The notes beneath the pieces are model-generated. The model was given only the letters and a program-made list of their open reading frames with translations, did not search any database and was not told the origin of the DNA. The position numbers and the translations under genes were made by a program. From Bacteroidales bacterium (GTDB lineage Bacteria; Bacteroidota; Bacteroidia; Bacteroidales; Muribaculaceae), in NCBI GenBank assembly GCA_019420545.1, contig JAHZGZ010000163.1, positions 1 to 36,890 on the forward strand: a DNA stretch of 36,890 nucleotides. The letters run 5' to 3'. Positions 9,182 to 18,636 of the stretch are shown piece after piece (position 1 is the stretch's first letter; the number at the start of each line of letters is the position of its first letter).

Positions 9182-10099
9182 ATGGCACGCGACCTTTTCT
9201 CCCGTTACATCTGGCTCATCGACACCATAAAACGCTACGGCGCGCTTACCCGCGATCAGATAAACCAGCTATGGATACGCTCGTCGTTTTCCAACGGCGA
9301 ACCTATGCCCCGACGCACATTCTATGCCTACCGCAACGCCATAGAAGAGCTTTTCAAGGTAAATATCGAATGTAATCCCTCGACATTCGAGTATTATATC
9401 GCCCACAGCGACGAGCACCACGAGAGCGTGATGAACTGGCTGCTTAACTCGGCATCGATAGGCAACTTGCTCAACGATGCCCGCGACATCGGCGACAAAA
9501 TATTCCTCGAGAACGTGCCGTCGGCCCGACAGCACCTGTCGATGGTGGTCGACTCGCTGAAGGAACGCCGCCCGATAAAGTTCTCATATCACCCCTATTC
9601 CCGCATCAATCCCACCCCCGACATAGTGGTAGAGCCATATTTCCTGAAGATATTCAAGCAGCGCTGGTATCTGACAGGACGCAACGTGAAGGAGGACACC
9701 ATCAAGACCTATGCCCTCGACCGCATAACCGAGGCCACATTGTTGGCATCAAACTACGAAATCCCCGCCGATTTCGACGCCGAGGCATACTTCCACGACA
9801 GCTATGGCATAGTCTTCGACGAGGGCGACGTGAAGCGCGTGGCCCTACGCACCGATTCGCGACAGGCTAAATATTTCCGTTCGGTGCCGCTCCACCATTC
9901 CCAGCAGGAAGTGATCCACGACAGCTACTCGATATTTTACTTCAAGATAAAGCTCACCCCCGACTTCGTGCAGGAACTTCTTTCCTACGGTCCTAAGGTA
10001 ACGGTGCTCTCACCGCCGGAACTGCGGGCCATCATGGTCGACTCGCTGCGCAAATCCCTCGACTCCTACTCCGACACCTCCCTGTTTCCCGAACCGTGA
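9182..10099 (+). CDS. WYL-domain transcriptional regulator (wHTH-WYL-WCX)
   Basis: 305 aa. N-terminal RYIWLIDTI...RRTFY..RNAIEELF, WYL core VEPYFLKIFKQRWYL...TYALDRI and C-terminal LLSYGPKVTVLSPPELR. Confidence 0.9.
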   Translation: MARDLFSRYIWLIDTIKRYGALTRDQINQLWIRSSFSNGEPMPRRTFYAYRNAIEELFKVNIECNPSTFEYYIAHSDEHHESVMNWLLNSASIGNLLNDARDIGDKIFLENVPSARQHLSMVVDSLKERRPIKFSYHPYSRINPTPDIVVEPYFLKIFKQRWYLTGRNVKEDTIKTYALDRITEATLLASNYEIPADFDAEAYFHDSYGIVFDEGDVKRVALRTDSRQAKYFRSVPLHHSQQEVIHDSYSIFYFKIKLTPDFVQELLSYGPKVTVLSPPELRAIMVDSLRKSLDSYSDTSLFPEP

Positions 10100-10179
10100 T
10101 ATGCCGTAAGCGCCACCTCTTGTGCGTGCTTATCATTTCGATTTATCACAATAGCAATAATATTGTCACAATTTTTTAG

Positions 10180-10187
10180 TATATTTG
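10180..10187 (+). promoter_or_regulatory. -7 promoter element (TATATTTG) for the DeoR-family gene
   Basis: TAnnTTTG match about 43 nt upstream of ATG 10230. Confidence 0.65.
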
Positions 10188-10229
10188 CGCCACTCTGTCA
10201 ACAACGCCAACATCACCCGCCTTACAGAT

Positions 10230-11060
10230 ATGACAAAAGAAGAACGCCATTCACTCATAATCGACACACTCATCAAGCACGAGTCAATAATGGTCTCCGA
10301 CCTCTCGTCGCTTCTGGCAGTGTCGGCCGTGACAATACGCAAGGATCTCACCGAACTTGAAAAGGAAAACAAACTTTACCGAAGCCATGGTAAGGCAATT
10401 CTGATCAATCCCTATATCAACAACCGTTCGGTCAACGAGAAAGAAAAACTCTACCGTGAGGAAAAGAAACTGATCGGAAAAGCCGCAGCCTCGCTCATCA
10501 CCAAGGACGACTCAATCATCATCGCCTCGGGAACAACCGTTCTCGCTATGGCGCGCTCGATACGCCCCATTCACAAGCTTACGGTAATTTCAGCATCACT
10601 TCAGGTATCGGAAATTCTCGGCAGCAACGAGGCTATAGAGGTAGTACAACTCGGTGGATCGCTCCGCCACAGCTCGCTATCCACCGTAGGCAAATATGCC
10701 GAAGCTCCCCTCGCCGACTTCTCGTGCAGCAAACTGTTTCTCGGTGTCGACGGCATAGACCTTGACTTCGGAATCACAACCACTGACATCCGCGAGGCCG
10801 ACCTCAACAAGGTGATGATGCGGTCGGCCCAGAAAACAATCGTGCTTGCCGATTCGTCGAAGTTCCGCCGCCGCGGCTTCAGCAAGATCGCCAACATGGA
10901 CGAGGTGGATCTCATCATTACCGACTCGCATATCTCCGACAAGAACGCACAGCGTATCGAAGAACTTGGCATTGAACTCACAGTAGTTCCCGACGAGTTT
11001 CACGACATACGCGCGCTCGCTATCATCAACGCTGAAAGCCTCGCCGTAGGAGAGGCCTGA
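10230..11060 (+). CDS. DeoR/GlpR-family (AgaR-like) transcriptional regulator
   Basis: HTH VSAVTIRKDLTELE, sensor-domain motifs ASGTT, QLGG, LFLGVDG, VLADSSKF and IITD. Start taken at ATG 10230, downstream of the promoter. Confidence 0.9.
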   Translation: MTKEERHSLIIDTLIKHESIMVSDLSSLLAVSAVTIRKDLTELEKENKLYRSHGKAILINPYINNRSVNEKEKLYREEKKLIGKAAASLITKDDSIIIASGTTVLAMARSIRPIHKLTVISASLQVSEILGSNEAIEVVQLGGSLRHSSLSTVGKYAEAPLADFSCSKLFLGVDGIDLDFGITTTDIREADLNKVMMRSAQKTIVLADSSKFRRRGFSKIANMDEVDLIITDSHISDKNAQRIEELGIELTVVPDEFHDIRALAIINAESLAVGEA

Positions 11061-11710
11061 CGCAGACTCGCCGCACAAGCGAGCACAGTGGCGCCGGTAG
11101 TGACCACATCATCGACAATCAACACATGCAGCCCGTCGGTCTCGACGGGCCGCACTGTTTTATACAGCGACTGGGCGTTCTCCCATCGGGAGAACGCACC
11201 TCGGTGGGTCTGAGTGTCGTGGCCGCGCACGGCAACAAGGTTATGCATCACAGGCAGACCGGTAACGTCGCTGACACCACGTGCCACCCACTCGGCCTGG
11301 TTGAAGCCGCGCCGCATGCGCTTGAATACATGCATCGGCACCGGAATAATGGCATCGATATCGTCGAAAAAGCCCTCATCGCACAGCATCCCGGCATACC
11401 TGCGCGCCAGCCAGCGCAGTATGCCCGGGCGCCCATGATATTTGGCATGCTGCACAAGCCGCGCAAAAGGCGCTCCGCGGTCGTAATGGCAATATGCCAC
11501 GGCACGTTCGAGCGGCACGGAACCGATAAGTTTTTCCTCCAGCGGATTGGGCGACATAAGATGCATGTCGGTAACGGGCAGCCTACTGCGGCAGTGCAGG
11601 CACAGGATCTCCTCGCCACCGACCAACGAACATCCGCACATGGCGCATACACGCGGAAACATCATATCGGCGACCGCGCCTACTGTCAAGTTAATCAACC
11701 CGTTCATCAT
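11000..11710 (-). CDS. comF: ComF family protein (double zinc ribbon plus phosphoribosyltransferase fold)
   Basis: CAMC...CLHC zinc ribbon, IPVPMH..RMRRGFNQAE and the PRPP-binding loop LIVDDVVTTGAT. Confidence 0.9.
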   Translation of the reverse strand: MMNGLINLTVGAVADMMFPRVCAMCGCSLVGGEEILCLHCRSRLPVTDMHLMSPNPLEEKLIGSVPLERAVAYCHYDRGAPFARLVQHAKYHGRPGILRWLARRYAGMLCDEGFFDDIDAIIPVPMHVFKRMRRGFNQAEWVARGVSDVTGLPVMHNLVAVRGHDTQTHRGAFSRWENAQSLYKTVRPVETDGLHVLIVDDVVTTGATVLACAASLRQASPTARLSALMIASARMS

Positions 11711-12212
11711 CTTCTCCTGTCTCGTCGGCAATCTGTCGGGCAGCCTCGCGCACGGCACGGGCGGCAAGCGAGGTCTCATATCCGGCCGCGACAAGCGAAC
11801 GGAGCACCTTCACCCCCTCCTCATATCCGGTATCGGTGCCGCCGAGACGCATAAGCCGGGCACGTGCGGCATGCAGCAGTCCGGCATAATACCGGTCAGC
11901 GTCGATTTCTTCGGCCACGGCTTCGCGTGCCACATCCGACGGTATGCGCTTGGAAGCAAGCCCCATAAGAATCTTGCGACGCCCCCAATGGTTGAACTGC
12001 CACTTGTCGCGCACATAGGCATGGGCGAAGCGCTCGTCGTCAACAAATTTCCTGCGGCGCAACGACGTCAGAATGGCTTCGGTATCCTCCGCAGAGATAC
12101 GCCATCTCATGAGCTTGCGACGCAATTCGTCGGTACAGCGCTCCGACTTCGCACAAAGCGCCTCCAGACGCTCCTGCGCTTTATCGGGCGAGATCTCTTT
12201 TCTGCTTATCAT
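11691..12212 (-). CDS. recX: RecX family regulator of RecA
   Basis: LCAKSERC...LRRKL, FVDDERFAHAYVRDK and WGRRKI...L..K.I motifs. Confidence 0.85.
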   Translation of the reverse strand: MISRKEISPDKAQERLEALCAKSERCTDELRRKLMRWRISAEDTEAILTSLRRRKFVDDERFAHAYVRDKWQFNHWGRRKILMGLASKRIPSDVAREAVAEEIDADRYYAGLLHAARARLMRLGGTDTGYEEGVKVLRSLVAAGYETSLAARAVREAARQIADETGEDDERVD

Positions 12213-12274
12213 ATTGGGGAGGTATATGGGTAAATGATAATTTCTGTGGATTGCTTACAAGGGAGCTATTCTTA

Positions 12275-13156
12275 TCAGTCATCTTTTCGGCCGGTGGCGA
12301 AGCGCAAACGCCCGGCAAAATCGCGGTGGGTGGCTACATCGACAAGTCCGGCATCGCGCATGCAACGGGCCACACTTTCGGCGCCGGCAGGATCAAGCTC
12401 TACATATAGCATACCTCCGGGGAGGAGCGACTTGGCAGCATATGCCGCAATTGGACGGTAGAATCTCATGGTATCGTCGTCGGGCACAAACAGGGCCATA
12501 TGAGGCTCATAGTCGAGTACGTTGGCATCCATCGCGGCGCTGTCATGTTGCGGTATGTACGGTGGATTACTTACTATTATATTATAGAGAGGCCCGGCAT
12601 GAGGAGTCATATTCAGCACATCAGCACACTCGAAGTCAACCTTTACATGCTGCAAAGCGACATTCTCACGCGCCACCTCAAGCGCTTTCGAGGAAATGTC
12701 GACGGCATCGACACGTGCGAACGGCAATACGCGGGCAAGCGTCACGGCTATGCATCCGGAGCCTGTGCATAGATCCATCACCCGCAGATCGCTGCGCGTG
12801 CCCCATCGGTCAACGATCATATCGACTAGCTGGGCCGTCTCAGGCCGTGGAATCAGCACTTCGGGTGTAACCTTCAGCTGCGCGCCATACCATTGTGTAT
12901 GGCCGTAGATGTATTGTATAGGTTCACCTTTGAGCAGACGCGCCACGATTCCGTCGATGCGCGCCAAGCTCTCCGGAAGCACCTCTTCATCGCGCTTCAG
13001 CACCACATCTACCGGACTCAGCCGCAGCGACTCCTCCATGATGACGCGGGCAAGCGCAGACCCCTCACCCGCTCCATAACGGGTTACAAGCGCTTTCTTG
13101 AGACGATCGGCAAGTTCGCCCACTGTAGCTTTTTCCGGTAAAATCCTGGTTCCCAT
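12275..13156 (-). CDS. prmC: Release factor glutamine methyltransferase
   Basis: EPIQYI, VLIPRPET, DLCTGSGCIA, SNPPYI and YEPHMALF motifs. Confidence 0.95.
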   Translation of the reverse strand: MGTRILPEKATVGELADRLKKALVTRYGAGEGSALARVIMEESLRLSPVDVVLKRDEEVLPESLARIDGIVARLLKGEPIQYIYGHTQWYGAQLKVTPEVLIPRPETAQLVDMIVDRWGTRSDLRVMDLCTGSGCIAVTLARVLPFARVDAVDISSKALEVARENVALQHVKVDFECADVLNMTPHAGPLYNIIVSNPPYIPQHDSAAMDANVLDYEPHMALFVPDDDTMRFYRPIAAYAAKSLLPGGMLYVELDPAGAESVARCMRDAGLVDVATHRDFAGRLRFATGRKDD

Positions 13157-13214
13157 ACTCGTCTGTTTTTGACAATGACAGCATGCGCCCGCAATTACAT
13201 CGGCATGCTCCCTA

Positions 13215-13222
13215 CAAAGATA
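13215..13222 (-). promoter_or_regulatory. -7 promoter element (TATCTTTG) for prmC-recX-comF
   Basis: TAnnTTTG match about 60 nt upstream of prmC. Confidence 0.55.
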
Positions 13223-13342
13223 GCGATTTGCATCTTTTCAGCCTCGCCTTTCCAAAATTTTCTTCCACGCCACCACTCGCCCCGAATCTGTAAAATCAAT
13301 CTGAGAGCTCGCCGATGGGCTGCCCGCTCTCCTACCCTCCCT

Positions 13343-13383
13343 AAAAACCGGTAGCGCGGCACCCTTGCGGGCGTCGCGCTACC
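13343..13383 (-). terminator. Intrinsic terminator after rpsA
   Basis: GGTAGCGCG...CGCGCTACC stem with a U-tract on the minus strand. Confidence 0.8.
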
Positions 13384-13410
13384 TTATTTATTGGCTCTTA
13401 AAGCAAGCGA

Positions 13411-15192
13411 TTACTTGCCGGCGAGCTTCTCCTTGAGAGCGGCGAGTTCCTGAAGATCACCGAGAGTTGTCTTCTCGATGGGAGTGTTGAGTACGGGCTG
13501 CTCCTCACGACGGTTGTTCTGACGACGTGCCTTGCGGGCCTCGTTCTTCTCGGCCTTAGCCTCATCCTCGAAGATACGGCTGTGGCTAAGGAAGATACGT
13601 TTGTTGTCCTTATTGAACTCGATTACCTTGAAGTCGAGCTTATCGCCAACCTTGGGCATCGAGCCGTCCTGCTTAACGAGGTGCTTGGGAGTAGCGAAGC
13701 CTTCCATGCCGTGGTCGAGCGAGATAACAGCACCCTTGTCCTGCATCTCTACGATGGTACCTTCCTGGATCGAACCGGGGGTGAAGATAGCCTCCAGACC
13801 TTCCCAAGGATTCTCCTCGAGCTGCTTGTGGCCGAGAGAGAGACGACGGTTGTCCTTGTCGATTTCGAGAACGACAACCTCGATCTCAGCACCGAGCTGG
13901 GTGAATTCAGAAGGATGCTTAACCTTCTTGGTCCAGCTGAGGTCGGAGATGTGGATCAGACCGTCTACGCCCTCCTCAATCTCAACAAATACACCGAAGT
14001 TGGTGAAGTTGCGAACCTTGGCGGTATGCTTCGAACCGATGGGATAGCGTACTTCGATATCTTCCCAGGGATCCTTCTTGAGCTGCTTGATGCCGAGCGA
14101 CATCTTGCGCTCGTCGCGGTCGAGGGTGAGGATCACGGCCTCTACCTCGTCGCCGACCTTCATGAAGTCCTGTGCGCTGCGCAGGTGCTGGCTCCACGAC
14201 ATCTCGCTAACGTGGATAAGGCCCTCTACACCGGGGGCGATCTCTACGAATGCGCCGTAGTCAGCCATTACTACTACGCGGCCCTTGACCTTGTCGCCGA
14301 CCTTGAGTTCAGCGTCAAGAGCATCCCAGGGATGGGGCTGCAGCTGCTTGAGACCGAGGGCGATGCGCTTGCGCTCGTCGTCGAAGTCGAGGATTACAAC
14401 GTCGAGTTCCTGATCGAGCTTTACAACCTCTTCGGGGTGACTTACGCGGCCCCAGCTCAGGTCGGTGATGTGGATCAGGCCGTCTACGCCGCCAAGGTCG
14501 ATGAACACACCGTAGGTGGTGATGTTCTTCACTACGCCCTTGAGCACCTGGCCGCGCTCGAGCTTCGATATGATTTCTTTCTTCTGCTGTTCCAGCTCGG
14601 CCTCGATGAGAGCCTTGTGGCTGACAACAACATTCTTGAATTCCTGATTGATCTTTACGACCTTGAACTCCATGGTCTTGCCCACGAAGATGTCGTAGTC
14701 GCGGATAGGCTTAACGTCGATCTGCGAGCCGGGGAGGAAGGCCTCGATGCCGAATACGTCGACAATCATGCCGCCCTTGGTGCGGCACTTGATAAAGCCC
14801 TTGATTACCTCGTCGTTCTCCAGAGCCTGGTTGATGCGCTCCCAGCTGCGCGACATGCGAGCCTTGCGGTGAGAGAGGATCAGCTGACCCTTCTTGTCCT
14901 CCTGGTTTTCGATAAATACCTCTACGGTGTCACCGACCTTGATGTCGGGATTGTAGCGGAATTCGTTTACGGGGATGATGCCGTCGCTCTTGTAGCCGAT
15001 GTTAACCACTGCCTCACGCTTGTTGAGGGCGATGATGGTACCTTCGATTACTTCTTTGTCCTTTACGGTGTTAAGCGACTCATCATAAGTCTTGGTGAGT
15101 TCTTCGCGGCTCTTTGCGCCTTTCTGTTCGCCTTTTTCATAGGCTTCCCAGTCGAAGTCCTCGATGGGTGAAGTTTTAATTTCTTCGTTCAT
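13411..15192 (-). CDS. rpsA: 30S ribosomal protein S1
   Basis: 593 aa with repeated S1 domains (GVFIDLGGVDGLIHITDLSW, GAFVEIAPGVEGLIHVSEMSW) and C-terminal TTLGDL. Confidence 0.98.
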   Translation of the reverse strand: MNEEIKTSPIEDFDWEAYEKGEQKGAKSREELTKTYDESLNTVKDKEVIEGTIIALNKREAVVNIGYKSDGIIPVNEFRYNPDIKVGDTVEVFIENQEDKKGQLILSHRKARMSRSWERINQALENDEVIKGFIKCRTKGGMIVDVFGIEAFLPGSQIDVKPIRDYDIFVGKTMEFKVVKINQEFKNVVVSHKALIEAELEQQKKEIISKLERGQVLKGVVKNITTYGVFIDLGGVDGLIHITDLSWGRVSHPEEVVKLDQELDVVILDFDDERKRIALGLKQLQPHPWDALDAELKVGDKVKGRVVVMADYGAFVEIAPGVEGLIHVSEMSWSQHLRSAQDFMKVGDEVEAVILTLDRDERKMSLGIKQLKKDPWEDIEVRYPIGSKHTAKVRNFTNFGVFVEIEEGVDGLIHISDLSWTKKVKHPSEFTQLGAEIEVVVLEIDKDNRRLSLGHKQLEENPWEGLEAIFTPGSIQEGTIVEMQDKGAVISLDHGMEGFATPKHLVKQDGSMPKVGDKLDFKVIEFNKDNKRIFLSHSRIFEDEAKAEKNEARKARRQNNRREEQPVLNTPIEKTTLGDLQELAALKEKLAGK

Positions 15193-15390
15193 TAAAAAGG
15201 TTAATAAAAGAAGTTAATTAATTGCACGCAACCCACAGGCGGCACCGCAGAATCCACACCCGCTCCGGCTATTAGCACGGCCTCGCCACACCCCTCACAG
15301 GATACGCACCAGCCATGCCTCAGCACCGTCTCGGCCACATTTCCTGCCAAGCGCCTTCGGGCGCTCTTCGCCCCTCTGCATTGCGTCCCG

Positions 15391-15398
15391 CAAAGTTA
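15391..15398 (-). promoter_or_regulatory. rpsA promoter -7 element (TAACTTTG), implying a leader of about 190 nt
   Basis: TAnnTTTG match followed by a GC-rich stretch and then an AT-rich translation initiation region. Confidence 0.6.
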
Positions 15399-15487
15399 CT
15401 ACATAACTTTCGTTTACACAAATACTTCCGCCCGAAATTCCGATTATTCGCGATAAAAAACTACCAGATTTGGAGTTTTGGCATTTT

Positions 15488-17293
15488 CTATTCAGGATAT
15501 GCCATAAAATATCTACTGCAAATTATTTTCTCGGATAATATTCTATCCGATTCGTTGATCCCATTAAAATCGTCCGCAACAGCAATTTGGGGGATCGGCT
15601 CACTTACTTCCCGAATAAGCGAGCGTCCAAATCCCTTCCATCTTACATTATCATATAGTCCCATACAATCCAGTACTGTAGGATAAACATCTATCTGGCC
15701 AATCGTATCCCTCTGGAGACCTATTTTTTTCTCCACAGGATTATTCATAACCATAAAGAGTGCATTATCATTCTTATAATGCGCCGGTAAAAACTCAGCG
15801 GGAGCAGTGTGATCGGATGCTATTACAATAAGAGCATTCTCATATTTCCCTATCTTTTTCAAATTTTCGATAAACCTCCCCAAGACTTTGTCGAATTCAT
15901 GACAAAGCGCTAAGTAAACAGCTTCCGATGGATTCATTGCCGGATTATTTTTCACAACCTCCGGAGCAATTACAGACAAATATGGGGTATGCATACCCAA
16001 CGATGTAACGAACATATATGAATGTGCATTATTTTTCTCGATCAAACTCCGCAATGCTTGTTCAAAAATAATTGAATCTTCACGCATTTTGTAAATATTA
16101 TTTTCGCCAACCGAAACGATCCCACTTATAAGTTCATCATATCCATAACTCTTAGTAGTTGTGCGATGATTCCATGAATTATCCTTTTCGCCAATAACCT
16201 CCCATTTCAGAAAAGAGTCAGGCAGACTTTTAGCTATCGATGGATAAGGAGCATCGCCAAAATGCGTAACTACCGGGAACTTGCGGGGCGGTATGAGTCC
16301 GGTATTATACATAAACTGTCCATCGGAACTTCCTCCTGTTCCCACCTGTGTACGCATATTTATCCAAGCCACAGTTTTAGGATAATGAATCGAATCTTCT
16401 GCAAACGCCTTCATATTCGGCATTACATCAACACAATCGCCATTCTTATCTATAAATGATTTATAAATGGCTGATGAATTAAGTGATTCAACCACAATAA
16501 ATATTAAATTTTCTATCTTATCTCCGTTCTTAATCGAATCATTCCGAATTGCCAAAACAGGGAATTTTCGATTTATTTCATTTTCCAAGTCATAGGTAAG
16601 TTCAATCTCATCAACAGGTGAAATAAACGTTCTAACGTAACTTCCCACATATGTATACCCTCTCACAAATCCAATAAATGCCGGAAAAACACAATCGCGA
16701 TAGTCGGCAATATATTCTTTTATTGTTGCACCTACAGACATCACAGCACCATGATATACATATCTATTCCGTATGGCTTTAGCCAACGACATAGCAAGAA
16801 GGCTCATAATTATTATACCCAATACAACTCTAGCCCTCCAACTATACCTAACCGACTCAATTTCTCTACGCCAATAAACATACAATAACACATATCCCCC
16901 AAAAATTAATCCGATCAAAATATGCTTCATTTCAATAGCTGATATTGCACATTTCAAAACCGTGTTATCAAGCAACTGAGGATTGGCAATGACACTTGGC
17001 GACATATAATCCCCAAAAAATGGATAATACCATAGATTCAGATACATTGTTACAGTAATCATACCTGCTACCACAAGCTCAATCCATCGGTATCGACGAG
17101 GCAAAAATACACATGGTAGCACAACGATTGCGGCATCACCTATTACATTAAATAAATATGTTACAATCGTACCTTTAGAGTAAGTCCAGAACGTCCAGCC
17201 ATACATTAAAGAAAACTGCAATAACAATCCGATATACAGAACAATCAAGAAACAGACGGATTTATCGACCTTTAAGGTATTGATTTTATTCAT
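15488..17293 (-). CDS. LTA-synthase-family / sulfatase-like membrane phosphotransferase (phosphoglycerol or phosphoethanolamine transferase-like)
   Basis: About five N-terminal TM helices, then alkaline-phosphatase-superfamily motifs IFIVVES, QVGTGGSSDGQF, WNH, SLGMHTPY, IASDH and GQIDVYPT. Confidence 0.8.
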   Translation of the reverse strand: MNKINTLKVDKSVCFLIVLYIGLLLQFSLMYGWTFWTYSKGTIVTYLFNVIGDAAIVVLPCVFLPRRYRWIELVVAGMITVTMYLNLWYYPFFGDYMSPSVIANPQLLDNTVLKCAISAIEMKHILIGLIFGGYVLLYVYWRREIESVRYSWRARVVLGIIIMSLLAMSLAKAIRNRYVYHGAVMSVGATIKEYIADYRDCVFPAFIGFVRGYTYVGSYVRTFISPVDEIELTYDLENEINRKFPVLAIRNDSIKNGDKIENLIFIVVESLNSSAIYKSFIDKNGDCVDVMPNMKAFAEDSIHYPKTVAWINMRTQVGTGGSSDGQFMYNTGLIPPRKFPVVTHFGDAPYPSIAKSLPDSFLKWEVIGEKDNSWNHRTTTKSYGYDELISGIVSVGENNIYKMREDSIIFEQALRSLIEKNNAHSYMFVTSLGMHTPYLSVIAPEVVKNNPAMNPSEAVYLALCHEFDKVLGRFIENLKKIGKYENALIVIASDHTAPAEFLPAHYKNDNALFMVMNNPVEKKIGLQRDTIGQIDVYPTVLDCMGLYDNVRWKGFGRSLIREVSEPIPQIAVADDFNGINESDRILSEKIICSRYFMAYPE

Positions 17294-17325
17294 GAATTAT
17301 AATCAGTTATATCGTTATTTAAAAT

Positions 17326-18603
17326 TTAAAACCGAGTGATTACCCTCTTAATAATCCGATATAATATTCTTGGTGAAAACCAATCTAAAAAACGGAGAGG
17401 AGATTGGCATCCGAGCCATTTACGATACCTCGGCAACGATTCATAATACGCATCAATAATTGCATTATATTGTATTGATTCCCATTCATTAAAGCCCATC
17501 TTATATCCATAATATCGCTTATGATATTTCATATATTCCTTCAATTCCTTTTTAGGACAAAACATCGAATCAAAATCTGCCGGCATACAATAATCACTAT
17601 CCTCGATAAATGTCTTAAGATAAGCAGTTAATCCATAAATAGCAAGAGGATCGGAAGACGAGGTTATCAACGGATGATAGGCCACATCTACTAGGGTTAC
17701 ATTATCACATGTTTTAGCTAAGAACACGCCGATCTGTGGCATATTCGTTGCTGCACTACGTTCCAAAACCACATACGAAGCATCAGATGCCAATATAAGG
17801 TTATGTGCAGTAGAGCCAGAGTATGTCATTATTCTATTTGCACGATCCATTTTACAGATCAACTCTGTAAGTGTAATCTCTTCAGGATAGATTATTTCAA
17901 AACCATTTTCGGCGAACAACCTATCAATATATTCTATATTAATCTGCCTCCCTCGGCATGAACTTAAATGGGCTCGAGACAACAATAAATTATTTGACTT
18001 GTTAAAATACTGTTTATTAACACTCAATGCTCTATTTCTAACGCAATCAAAAATCCCCATAAATTCGTTTGAGTAGGATAACATAAACTCAAACGCCAAA
18101 TCTGGTATATATAATTCTTCAAAACATGTTTTACTTTCCAATAAAACAACCTTTTCCGAGATTCCGGCTAATTTAAAAAATTCTTGAAAATTTCCTTTAA
18201 CATTTACAGGGTCATTATCCGGAACAAAAAATACAATTCTTTCAAAATCCGACAAGTTAATCTTAGAATTATATATAGGCCACAACCGAGCAGTTGTATT
18301 TAAAAGGAAATGCCCCCATTCTCTCCTATAAAATCCGCCATATAATGTCTTCCCCTCAAGCATCCCATTTTCAGTGCTCTCTTGAGAAATCTCCGCCACA
18401 TAATCACAATCATCTATCAAAAGATTGCTATCAGGAACTATATAAGGGCATGCCCCACGTGGAGTTAGGCATACCTTCTCCAATTTTCTAATACTCAAAT
18501 CCCCAGTTTTATTCTCATATCCTGCTATGATCCTCCCTATACATTCCTGTTTAGAGGCACGTATATACTTCTGATGTAATAATCCGTCTTTCATTCGATC
18601 CAT
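17326..18603 (-). CDS. Glycosyltransferase family 61 (DUF563-like) protein
   Basis: WGHFLLNTTARLW, LSR...RQIN...LFAENGFEIIYPEEITLTE and SGSTAHN match the GT61 pattern. Confidence 0.7.
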   Translation of the reverse strand: MDRMKDGLLHQKYIRASKQECIGRIIAGYENKTGDLSIRKLEKVCLTPRGACPYIVPDSNLLIDDCDYVAEISQESTENGMLEGKTLYGGFYRREWGHFLLNTTARLWPIYNSKINLSDFERIVFFVPDNDPVNVKGNFQEFFKLAGISEKVVLLESKTCFEELYIPDLAFEFMLSYSNEFMGIFDCVRNRALSVNKQYFNKSNNLLLSRAHLSSCRGRQINIEYIDRLFAENGFEIIYPEEITLTELICKMDRANRIMTYSGSTAHNLILASDASYVVLERSAATNMPQIGVFLAKTCDNVTLVDVAYHPLITSSSDPLAIYGLTAYLKTFIEDSDYCMPADFDSMFCPKKELKEYMKYHKRYYGYKMGFNEWESIQYNAIIDAYYESLPRYRKWLGCQSPLRFLDWFSPRILYRIIKRVITRF

Positions 18604-18628
18604 TTATTCTGACAATGTTATTTTTTTA

Positions 18629-18636
18629 CAAATTTA
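18629..18636 (-). promoter_or_regulatory. -7 promoter element (TAAATTTG) for the island operon
   Basis: TAnnTTTG match about 25 nt upstream of the GT61 start. Confidence 0.55.

Noticed and set aside
9182..10099. WYL gene as marker of an anti-phage island
   Set aside because: Its neighbours are housekeeping or metabolic genes with ordinary GC, and no nuclease, DNA methylase or other defence gene is visible.
10130..10175. TTTCGATTT-like possible AgaR operator upstream of the DeoR gene
   Set aside because: It is a single short match in AT-rich DNA and cannot be distinguished from chance.
10185..10229. Longer N-termini in the ORF track for DeoR (10185), ComF (11794) and OPT (19734)
   Set aside because: The extensions overlap promoter elements or neighbouring genes, and downstream ATGs match the family starts.
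13582..15171. 529-aa ORF antisense to rpsA
   Set aside because: It is a shadow frame produced by the codon bias of a highly expressed gene and has no recognisable motifs.
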